DNA of 64,000 bases, from the IMG/VR virus record IMGVR_UViG_3300033153_011579, one strand, 5' to 3'. The position numbers were made by a program, and so were the translations under genes. Source of the DNA: a virus. Lineage: Duplodnaviria; Heunggongvirae; Uroviricota; Caudoviricetes. Positions 14,461 to 21,366 of the stretch are shown piece by piece (the first letter of the stretch is position 1; every line of letters begins with the position of its first letter). The notes below the pieces were generated by a model. The model made no database searches. It saw only the letters and a program-made list of their open reading frames with translations, and was not told the DNA's origin.

Positions 14461-14490
14461 GAGAATCTTCCGTTCTCTGACACGGAGAAG
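14456..14490 (+). repeat. T1 element copy 29 (last)
   Basis: TGTAAGAGAATCTTCCGTTCTCTGACACGGAGAAG. Confidence 0.9.
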
Positions 14491-14492
14491 AA

Positions 14493-15164
14493 GTGAAGCT
14501 GAGAAAACCACCAATCCTCTGCTCGATCTGCGGAGACCCAATCGTCACGAAGTGGCGAGACAAGCGAAGGCAGACCTGCGGGTCTCCCGAGTGCCGGGTG
14601 GCGATCCTGCTCGAGCCGCACCTGGGCGACCGGACTCGACCGTACGCCGGCGGAGCTCGCGGGAAGTGGAAAAAAAGCACCAAGCGCGGGTCGGTGGTGC
14701 GCGACCTCGCGAAGTGGGGTATTGGGCTTTCCGAGGAGATCTCCACGAACCTCGCCGACGCGGCCGACCAGGTCTTTAAGAGAACCAAAACCGCGAAGGC
14801 GGTCGGGACGAAGAAGGACGAGCGCGGTGCGGACCACCCGGAGGCCCAGGCTCAGATCTGGGGCTTCCTCGCTCGTAGGAGCGCGCTCATAAAAGTCGTC
14901 AGCAAGGACGACGGCGAGCCCGGGTTGCTCATTCTCAAAACCAAAAGCGAGAGTGTCCCGCACGCCATCCGCCGTCTCCTGAGCATCACCCCGGTCTCCG
15001 AGAACCTGTGCGATGTCTTCATGGCGTGGAGCTGTCCTTGCCCTCAGGACTCTCGAGTGATTTACGAAACGATCGACGACCTGCCCAAGACGGTAGGCTA
15101 TCACGACCCGTGCCCGCGTTGCGGTGCGGCACCACTGGAGGTGAAAAATGTTCCTAAAAAATAG
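14493..15164 (+). CDS. Hypothetical protein with terminal zinc-ribbon motifs (223 aa, GTG start)
   Basis: LCSICGDP...TCGSPECR at N-terminus; CPCPQ...HDPCPRCG at C-terminus. Confidence 0.6.
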   Translation: MKLRKPPILCSICGDPIVTKWRDKRRQTCGSPECRVAILLEPHLGDRTRPYAGGARGKWKKSTKRGSVVRDLAKWGIGLSEEISTNLADAADQVFKRTKTAKAVGTKKDERGADHPEAQAQIWGFLARRSALIKVVSKDDGEPGLLILKTKSESVPHAIRRLLSITPVSENLCDVFMAWSCPCPQDSRVIYETIDDLPKTVGYHDPCPRCGAAPLEVKNVPKK

Positions 15165-15528
15165 CGTGTTCCTTCCCGGGCGAGGCTGGCTACTCGTGAA
15201 GCCACCGGAGTCGGAAGCCGACACAGGAGAGGTCTACACTGTCGACGTGATCGAGCTCGCCGCCGAGGAGAAGTCCGCGTGCCCGCAGTTCCAGGAGGAG
15301 ACAGCGATACGCGGTGCTGGCGGCGCTCCGATGATGACCGTGGACATCGTGCTCCCGAAGCGCTGCTACGTCGGTGACCGGTGGAGCGTACTAAAGGACA
15401 GAGACGCAGTGCGCGAGGTACCCGACCTGGACGGTGCCCTGCTCAAGACCGAGGAGGTGATCGGCTGGGAGTGGGAGGACGACCGTCTCAAGCCGCCTCC
15501 TGGCGTCGTAGAGGACCTGGACTCCTGA
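15148..15528 (+). CDS. Hypothetical protein (126 aa)
   Basis: GGAGGTG upstream of ATG; 17-nt overlap with upstream gene. Confidence 0.55.
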   Translation: MFLKNSVFLPGRGWLLVKPPESEADTGEVYTVDVIELAAEEKSACPQFQEETAIRGAGGAPMMTVDIVLPKRCYVGDRWSVLKDRDAVREVPDLDGALLKTEEVIGWEWEDDRLKPPPGVVEDLDS

Positions 15529-16487
15529 TGCCGACCAGAGCACACATCCAGGCGTTGGCCAACGCGAGAGAGGCTCTCGAGCCGTTCAGCCGGTGGCTCG
15601 TCCGCGGGTGCGGGAAGACCGATGGAGAGGCCGACTTCATCATCAGCTTCGTGTGTCGCGCGCTGTGGACTTCCACCGCCGACGACGACGAGGATCCCGA
15701 CCCGCTCGATTGCCTCTCCGAGCCGATGATCACCCGGCCGACATTCAACAAGCTGAAATCGGCCATCCGGCAGTATTACACCTGGCACCTCGTCCGGCAG
15801 TCGTCGCCACCGAGTGAGAAAGAGCGGGCGAGGCGGCAGCTCAGGCGGCTCGAATCCATCTTGCCGTACGGCGGCGTCGGGAGACGAGCCAAACGGGTCG
15901 CGATCGATGCGCTGTCGCAGGCGGATTTAAAAAAGCTCATGGACGGACTGAAAAAATGGCACGCGGAACAAGGACGGCGATGGCCCTGGAGCTACCCGGT
16001 GATCAGCATGTGCCTGAAGATCTCGCCGGCGATCAGAAACTGTCTGGTCTACCTCTCTCGTGAGGAGCTCGTCCTCGCTCTCGCCGACGGGGTGAACAGC
16101 GGGTCGTTCAACCTGTGGGTCCGCCAGAAGAACGTGCCGGTCATGAGGTCGATCCCCATCGGGCTCGTCTGGAAAGAGGCGGACATGCTCGTCGGCTGGC
16201 CCTGGCAATGGGAGACGCTCCAGGACATTATCTCGTCGTCCAACGCGAGCACCCAGAACTCGGTGAACAAGATCAAAGAGATCTCTTTCAAGTACTATCG
16301 CCACGTCCTGGGAGACATCGGCGACCCGAAGACGTTCTTAGCTCGACTTCGGTATGCCACCTGGGTCTGGCTCTTGAAAAAGACGAAAGGCGACTGGCTC
16401 TCCGTCGCGCAGATCGTCGGGAAGTCGGTAAAGATCCTCAGAAGACGGCCGGAGCTGCTCGAGGTCGTGTCGAGGAGGCTGAACTAG
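15528..16487 (+). CDS. Recombinase-like protein with degenerate catalytic motifs (319 aa)
   Basis: TGATG coupling; ARLRYATWVWLLKKTKGDWLSVAQIVGKSVKIL resembles the HxLRH...GH box II but lacks His/His/Tyr. Confidence 0.4.
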   Translation: MPTRAHIQALANAREALEPFSRWLVRGCGKTDGEADFIISFVCRALWTSTADDDEDPDPLDCLSEPMITRPTFNKLKSAIRQYYTWHLVRQSSPPSEKERARRQLRRLESILPYGGVGRRAKRVAIDALSQADLKKLMDGLKKWHAEQGRRWPWSYPVISMCLKISPAIRNCLVYLSREELVLALADGVNSGSFNLWVRQKNVPVMRSIPIGLVWKEADMLVGWPWQWETLQDIISSSNASTQNSVNKIKEISFKYYRHVLGDIGDPKTFLARLRYATWVWLLKKTKGDWLSVAQIVGKSVKILRRRPELLEVVSRRLN

Positions 16488-17173
16488 TCCGATACGCAGC
16501 GAGTGTACTGAGACTCGGTCTTGAGAGACCCCCACACATAGGCCTCGGAGAACAGGACGCCCCAGGCGTACGCCGGGTTGTTCCCGGGCGAGCTCGACCA
16601 GTGGTACGACCAGCACGGACCGACAAGGTCATCCCCCCAGTAGCACCCGTCCGACCCGGGGCCTTCCAATTCGGCGCACGGATCGCAGTCGGGACCCTCC
16701 GCGCACGGATTCGTCAGGCAGTCGGGGTCGGTCACCCCGCAGTCTACCGACGCGCAGCCGACGATGATTCCCGACAGCTCCTGGATCAGCGGGAGTCGCC
16801 AGTCGTCGCCGAGGGCCTCGCAGTAGTCGACCGCGTCGACCCAGAGCATGAGCTCGGTGCTCGGCGGGTTCTCCCAGCAGAGGTCGCCGTCTAGCCAGCA
16901 GGTGGCCGTGTCGGTATCGGTGTCGGTATCGGTGTCGGTGTCGGTATCGATCACTGTTTCCGTATTGGTTTCGGTATCTTGCGTGTCTGTGTCGATCACG
17001 GTGTCCGTGTCGGTGTCCGTATCGGTCTCGGTGTCGGTGTCACCGTCGGTGTCCGTGTCCGTGTCGGTGTCCGAATCGACGTCCGTGTCGGTGTCGCCGG
17101 CGTCCGGCTCCATGAACGGAGCCTCGGTATCGCCGCAGGCCATCACAATTGCGAATATCCAAATATATCTCAT
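16484..17173 (-). CDS. Lipoprotein with (Thr-Asp)n repeats and DUF1566 (Lcl C-terminal-like) domain
   Basis: MRYIWIFAIVMACGD lipobox; DTDTDTD tracts; DDWRLPLIQELSGI...YHWSSSP...YAWGVLF...YTRCVSD. Confidence 0.7.
   Translation of the reverse strand: MRYIWIFAIVMACGDTEAPFMEPDAGDTDTDVDSDTDTDTDTDGDTDTETDTDTDTDTVIDTDTQDTETNTETVIDTDTDTDTDTDTDTATCWLDGDLCWENPPSTELMLWVDAVDYCEALGDDWRLPLIQELSGIIVGCASVDCGVTDPDCLTNPCAEGPDCDPCAELEGPGSDGCYWGDDLVGPCWSYHWSSSPGNNPAYAWGVLFSEAYVWGSLKTESQYTRCVSD
16908..17096 (-). repeat. Hexanucleotide-type tandem repeat (GTGTCG/GTATCG) encoding TD/TE/VD repeats
   Basis: gtgtcggtatcggtgtcggtatcggtgtcggtgtcggtatcg... inside 16484..17173. Confidence 0.9.
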
Positions 17174-17174
17174 C

Positions 17175-17420
17175 CTACATCTCCTCCCCATGCTGCAGAG
17201 CTCTCAGGGCCTCCCCGAGGTCCATGAACTCCTCGACCAGGCTGACGTCACCGTCCTCGCCGCCGGGTGCCCAAAGGTCGTACGTCCGGCTCGTCTTGTC
17301 GAATATCACGAAGTCGTCCGGCTCGACCGCCTCGAACACGCCGTCCTTGACGACCCCGGTCACCCGGTACTTCCGGCCTCTCTCGTGAGGATCGCTACTG
17401 AACCAAAATCCAATTTTCAT
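17175..17420 (-). CDS. Hypothetical protein (81 aa), co-transcribed with the lipoprotein
   Basis: ORF track; AGGAG upstream; stop 1 nt from the lipoprotein ATG. Confidence 0.6.
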   Translation of the reverse strand: MKIGFWFSSDPHERGRKYRVTGVVKDGVFEAVEPDDFVIFDKTSRTYDLWAPGGEDGDVSLVEEFMDLGEALRALQHGEEM

Positions 17421-17596
17421 CTCAAACTCCTATGCTCACGGGCTCGAGGGAGAGACAGGCCCCCCGGAGAACGACGACCGAGGCGAAGGCAGAAAGCCGC
17501 TGGTCAGACGGCAACCCCGACCGCTTTACAGGCGACCCGTCACTCCATCCAACCCGTGAGGTACTTCGTACATGTGTGATTTTGCGCTTCGGCATC

Positions 17597-18598
17597 CTAA
17601 AAAGGCGTCTTCCGCTCTGCTGCAGCCCTGATCATACCGTCTATCTCGCTCTTCAGCCACTCTCGCTCTCGCTCGGTCGGCTCCCGCCCCTTCACGCGGC
17701 CCGTGAACCACCCCAAATCGGCCTCCCAGTCGTACTCGTCGGCGAACACCCGGACCACCTGCAGCATCCGGTCTTTTACGTGCGCTCGAGTCAACCTCCC
17801 GCGGGAGATCGGCGCAGGCTTCTCCAGCGTCGCCATCAGCCCGCTAGCGGGTATGTATTCCTCGGACTCGTCCGGCTCGTCCTCTGAGGCCTCGTCGGGC
17901 TCGAGAGGCTCAGAATCGCCCTGAGGGGCGCTAGCGCCCTCTTTACATTGTTCACTAACACTGGAATCGGCGTTGACCGCGTTGATCAGGACAACGTGAT
18001 CGTCCAGCTTGTGCCAGAACGCTTGGACGAGTCCAGAGCACATCGCCTCGTCGAGCTTCTCGTCGTCCTCTTGCAGGCCGGACATCATGACCCGCCGAGT
18101 GTCAGGGTAGGTCGCCTCGATCTCACTCAGCAGACCGAGACCAGACATCCCAGGCATCTCGAAGTCGGTGATGACCACGTCGAACGTCCCGAGCTTGTTG
18201 ATGAGCATGATCGCCTGACTCGCCGAGCTCGCCTGGGTCGTCTCCCAGTCTTTGGGGAGAAGCCGGCAGACCGTCCGCCGCATGATGTCCTCGTCGTCGA
18301 CCACGAGGATGCGCAGGCGTCTCTTCGACGTCCTGGCTTCCGGAGGGTTGGTCCAGGCCCGGCACTCGCGAGCGAGGTTGACGTTCCCAACGCGCTCGGA
18401 GGTCGCGTAGACCGTCTCGATCACGGACTGCCAGAGGCCGCTGCAGGACTCGGGAGGTCCCCAGATCTCCTTCGGCCCAGCTCCCTCGATGGAGCTCAGC
18501 AGCCGGCCCTTGATCGTCGGGTCGAACAGCCCCTCTTTGAGAAACTGCATCGCGACCTCGCGAAGCTCGGGGTCCAGTGGTCGTCTAGATTTTGTCAT
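17597..18598 (-). CDS. Response-regulator receiver (REC) domain protein with unknown flanking domains (333 aa)
   Basis: RILVVDDEDIMRR...FDVVITDFEMPGMSGLGLL...RRVMMSG...FWHKL = DD / phospho-Asp / S / K of the CheY fold. Confidence 0.8.
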   Translation of the reverse strand: MTKSRRPLDPELREVAMQFLKEGLFDPTIKGRLLSSIEGAGPKEIWGPPESCSGLWQSVIETVYATSERVGNVNLARECRAWTNPPEARTSKRRLRILVVDDEDIMRRTVCRLLPKDWETTQASSASQAIMLINKLGTFDVVITDFEMPGMSGLGLLSEIEATYPDTRRVMMSGLQEDDEKLDEAMCSGLVQAFWHKLDDHVVLINAVNADSSVSEQCKEGASAPQGDSEPLEPDEASEDEPDESEEYIPASGLMATLEKPAPISRGRLTRAHVKDRMLQVVRVFADEYDWEADLGWFTGRVKGREPTEREREWLKSEIDGMIRAAAERKTPF

Positions 18599-18630
18599 TT
18601 CCGCTCTCTTTCTGCCGGAACCACCCGGCT
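18596..18630 (-). repeat. T3 leader copy a (hairpin + purine-rich SD)
   Basis: Minus strand AGCCGGGTGGTTCCGGCAGAAAGAGAGCGGAAATG ending at the response-regulator ATG. Confidence 0.85.
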
Positions 18631-18633
18631 GAT

Positions 18634-18861
18634 TTAGTCGCGCTCGACCGTGACGTCTTCCGCGTCGTAGGTGTGACCGAGGTCTTCCATCTCCATCCCG
18701 ACCTGCTTCTTGAGCTCCTCGTCGCTATCGCTTTGGGTCTGCGACAGGTTCTCGAACGACTCGAGGGCGAGCTGGCCGTCGTCGAGATCGTAACGGACTA
18801 CCCAGCCGCTGTAGTCGTCGGCTTCACCGTCCCAAAGTACTCTGATGTTGCTTGCGATCAT
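18634..18861 (-). CDS. Hypothetical acidic protein (75 aa)
   Basis: MIASNIRVLWDGEADDYSGWVV...; preceded by T3 copy b. Confidence 0.6.
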   Translation of the reverse strand: MIASNIRVLWDGEADDYSGWVVRYDLDDGQLALESFENLSQTQSDSDEELKKQVGMEMEDLGHTYDAEDVTVERD

Positions 18862-18894
18862 CTTCCGCTCTCTCTCTGCCGGCGACCAGCCGGC
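18859..18894 (-). repeat. T3 leader copy b (stem changed, structure kept)
   Basis: Minus strand GCCGGCTGGTCGCCGGCAGAGAGAGAGCGGAAGATG. Confidence 0.8.
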
Positions 18895-18903
18895 GGTTAT
18901 TCG

Positions 18904-19215
18904 TCAGCTTAAAACCGGCCAGAGCTGGACGTCGAAGATCTCCTCTTGCGTCCTCTGGATGTCTGTGAGGATCTGGTCCTGCTTCGCGAGCGCGGCGTAT
19001 GACTCCTCGTCGCCCTCGGCCTTGTCGGCATCTTCGAACCACGCGCGCCAGTTCTGGTTCGGGGCATCGCCCCACTCGCAGTCGATCGTGATGTCAGGAT
19101 ACAGTCGCGCGATCTCTTCGCCGACTGCCTTGCAGAACCTGTGCATCGACTTCTGGACGTCCATCCCGTCCATGTCGCCCATCGCGTGCTCGTCGATTCT
19201 GATGTGTGCGATCAT
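18904..19215 (-). CDS. Hypothetical protein (103 aa)
   Basis: MIAHIRIDEHAMGDMDGMD...; the track ORF extension to 19242 is the translated T3 leader. Confidence 0.6.
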   Translation of the reverse strand: MIAHIRIDEHAMGDMDGMDVQKSMHRFCKAVGEEIARLYPDITIDCEWGDAPNQNWRAWFEDADKAEGDEESYAALAKQDQILTDIQRTQEEIFDVQLWPVLS

Positions 19216-19248
19216 TTTCCGCTCTCTTTCTGCCGGAACCACCCGGCT
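19213..19248 (-). repeat. T3 leader copy c
   Basis: Minus strand AGCCGGGTGGTTCCGGCAGAAAGAGAGCGGAAAATG; upstream stop TAG overlaps the hairpin base. Confidence 0.85.
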
Positions 19249-19420
19249 AGTTGTCTTTAGATGCCTTGTTTATATGCGGGTACCACTTCTGCTGCCGAGT
19301 CCACATCTCTAAAACCTCGTCGGATGGTTCCCCGTATATGTCCAAGGAACAATCATTGCACTCGCCTTGCGGACCATATGGCTCTGTCAAACACCCACAC
19401 TCTGGACAACAGTTTTTCAT
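19247..19420 (-). CDS. Small Cys-rich protein (57 aa; below ORF-track cutoff)
   Basis: MKNCCPECGCLTEPYGPQGECNDCSLDIYGEPSDEVLEMWTRQQKWYPHINKASKDN*; preceded by T3 copy d. Confidence 0.45.
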   Translation of the reverse strand: MKNCCPECGCLTEPYGPQGECNDCSLDIYGEPSDEVLEMWTRQQKWYPHINKASKDN

Positions 19421-19455
19421 TTTTCCGCTCTCTTTCTGGCCGGAACCACCCGGCT
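19418..19455 (-). repeat. T3 leader copy d
   Basis: Minus strand AGCCGGGTGGTTCCGGCCAGAAAGAGAGCGGAAAAATG. Confidence 0.85.
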
Positions 19456-19524
19456 CACCAATTTAGACCCTGCACCCTGCTACATATTCACCACATTCGT
19501 AAGTGGTTGATTTTTCTCACCTTA

Positions 19525-19854
19525 TTAGCTCTTGGCCCGAGGATTCCGGACCTTGGGTTTCCGACCCTGCCGGACGGCTGTCATCCAGGCCTCGAGCTCG
19601 GCGACGAGGGCCTTGCTCTCGCGCAAGGTGTCTCGCTTCATCGGGTTCCCGCGGCTATCCTCTTCCGGGATCCACCGGCCGTACTTGTCCCTGCTGAACA
19701 CGAACCAGAGAGGCCCCCAGTTGAGCGACCTGGACTTCTTCTCGTCGGTCGCCGGCACGTACCCCGATTTTTCGATCTTCCAGTCTGCCGACGGGCAGCC
19801 GATGGACGTGTACTGACCGGCCGCCTTCCTCTTCCATTTGCATGAGTTTTCCAT
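19525..19854 (-). CDS. Hypothetical basic protein (109 aa)
   Basis: ORF track. Confidence 0.55.
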   Translation of the reverse strand: MENSCKWKRKAAGQYTSIGCPSADWKIEKSGYVPATDEKKSRSLNWGPLWFVFSRDKYGRWIPEEDSRGNPMKRDTLRESKALVAELEAWMTAVRQGRKPKVRNPRAKS

Positions 19855-19860
19855 GTCTCT

Positions 19861-20076
19861 TTATACCCTCACTGTGGGGTTGGGTTCCAGTCCAATCATC
19901 GACCGGACGTTCGCCGAAGACCCGAGACGGTCGGCCCAGATCTCCGCAGCGTGGTAGTCGCCGCTCGCGTAGGCAATCTGAAACTGTTTGACCGCTTCCT
20001 CGACCAGGGTGTTGGCCAGCTCGACCGCTTCCTCGTCGTTCTTGGGCTCTATCATCATCGCTTCTTCAAAGGTCAT
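19861..20076 (-). CDS. Hypothetical protein (71 aa)
   Basis: ORF track; AGGAGAA upstream. Confidence 0.5.
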   Translation of the reverse strand: MTFEEAMMIEPKNDEEAVELANTLVEEAVKQFQIAYASGDYHAAEIWADRLGSSANVRSMIGLEPNPTVRV

Positions 20077-20124
20077 CGTTTTCTCCTGGTTGCCGTGCCT
20101 ACCCTGCTGATGCTCTCGACCGCC

Positions 20125-20526
20125 CTAATGTGACAGCCACTCCAACATTTCATCGAATTTTTTTGCCTCGCCGACCCTTGCGACGCCGTCCATATCGTCG
20201 GTGAACAGCCCGTATTTTCCGGTCTTCGGCGACCACATCGCATACCTGTATCCCCCACCGCGGCTGTCGTAGGTCTCGGTCACCACGGACCAGTGGAACC
20301 GTCGGATGCTGTACTCGATCCGACCGTCATCGAAGTGCTTGGCCAAGATGGCTCTGCCGTGCGGGAGATCGACATCTGGTTTCGACTCTCGAGCCTGAAG
20401 GCGGGTCCTGGACGACCCGTCCTTCTTCTTCTTCCACGAGCTGATGCATCCGGCCATCCTCTCTCTATGGGTCTTTCTGGTCTTCCTGCGCTTCATGCCC
20501 CAGAGGCAATGCAAGCCCGGTGCCAA
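20125..20526 (-). CDS. Hypothetical protein (up to 133 aa; likely start MKRRK at 20496)
   Basis: ORF track. Confidence 0.5.
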   Translation of the reverse strand: MAPGLHCLWGMKRRKTRKTHRERMAGCISSWKKKKDGSSRTRLQARESKPDVDLPHGRAILAKHFDDGRIEYSIRRFHWSVVTETYDSRGGGYRYAMWSPKTGKYGLFTDDMDGVARVGEAKKFDEMLEWLSH

Positions 20527-20608
20527 CCAGAAAACTCAATGAAATTACGGGGCGGTCGGCCGGAGAGAGGGGCTGAGGTAAGATCTGTTACCGGGGAGGT
20601 GCGATCGG

Positions 20609-21295
20609 TTACATTCCGGCGATAAAAGCTGGCGGGCCAGCCCGCGCCACCAGGATCGGGCCGATCTTCGATCTCTCCCGCTTCACCTTCCGGGTCCTGA
20701 CCTTGGGGCCGAAGGCCGACGTCTTGCAATTCCCGGCCTGGTAGCAGGAGAGGGTCCCGACCAGGCTCCCGTCGCACTCTTCCTCCTGGCACCTCTTGAG
20801 CTCGTCGGTACCGGCCGAGAGCTGGCCCTCGGACGTCTTCATGTCGTAGCCCTTGGACAGAGCCTTTTTCAGAACCTGCCCGTGGACTTGCATCAGGCCT
20901 TGCTCTCCGTCTTTCCCATCTCGGATCTTTTCGTAAAAGCTCGATTCGTGGTCGACGACGACGGCCACCACGAGCGGGTCGACCCCGCGCTCGTCGGCAA
21001 TCCTGTCGATCATCGCCGCGAGCTTCGGAGCTCGCCGAGCTCTCTTCTGGTTGAGGGTGACCTCGATGCAGGCGTCTCGCCCTGGGCCTTCCTTCCGCTT
21101 CTTGCACGACGCGCTCAGAAAGCGCTTGATATAGTCCTCGACGTGGTCGGCTGTGACGAGTTTTTGGCCTCCCCAGACCGACGGCTCGTCACCAAGACCC
21201 TTCGACTCGGTCGGCCACGGGATCATCCAGATGACGATCACCACGAGGATGGCGATCAGTAAAAATAAAAAGAATCTGCCTCGCTTGTTCAGCAT
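20609..21295 (-). CDS. Lytic transglycosylase (SLT domain) with N-terminal signal-anchor
   Basis: FFLFLLIAILVVIVIWMIPW TM; VVDHESSFYEK...GEQGLMQVH = SLT ES...GLMQ motif. Confidence 0.8.
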   Translation of the reverse strand: MLNKRGRFFLFLLIAILVVIVIWMIPWPTESKGLGDEPSVWGGQKLVTADHVEDYIKRFLSASCKKRKEGPGRDACIEVTLNQKRARRAPKLAAMIDRIADERGVDPLVVAVVVDHESSFYEKIRDGKDGEQGLMQVHGQVLKKALSKGYDMKTSEGQLSAGTDELKRCQEEECDGSLVGTLSCYQAGNCKTSAFGPKVRTRKVKRERSKIGPILVARAGPPAFIAGM

Positions 21296-21319
21296 CCGGT
21301 CCTCCTGGGTTTGGGTTTA

Positions 21320-21333
21320 GGCCCCGCGGGGCC
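21320..21333 (-). other. GC palindrome / hairpin between two lysis-region genes
   Basis: GGCCCCGCGGGGCC is a perfect 14-bp palindrome; no U-tract. Confidence 0.3.
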
Positions 21334-21366
21334 CCGCTACAGATTGGATATTGGTAAGCTCGAGCA

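Noticed and set aside
1137-14490. T1 repeat array as a CRISPR array
   Set aside because: The 'spacers' are 100-1300 bp and are protein-coding with SD and start codons. The repeats have variable loops and variable length, and no cas genes are present.
1137-14490. T1 hairpins as Rho-independent terminators or as integron attC sites
   Set aside because: No U-tract follows the 6-7 bp stem, and an SD and start codon follow within 10 nt. The element is only about 33 nt and lacks the paired R''/L''-L'/R' boxes and GTTRRRY cores of attC. Integron-likeness is kept only as an architectural analogy.
15381-15527. N-terminal extension of the recombinase-like ORF (track start 15381)
   Set aside because: It overlaps the well-supported 15148..15528 gene in another frame. 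A TGATG-coupled ATG at 15528 gives a sensible start.
16908-17096. GTGTCG/GTATCG tandem repeat as a non-coding satellite
   Set aside because: It lies in frame inside the lipoprotein gene and encodes (T/E/V)D repeats, so it is a coding repeat.
17421-17596. tRNA or other RNA genes in the larger gaps (17421-17596, 22042-22192, 36154-36465, 41208-41348, 55795-55875)
   Set aside because: I could not trace a cloverleaf (acceptor stem plus a T-arm GTTCRANNC-like motif) by eye in any of these gaps. A tRNAscan-SE or Infernal run would be needed to be sure.
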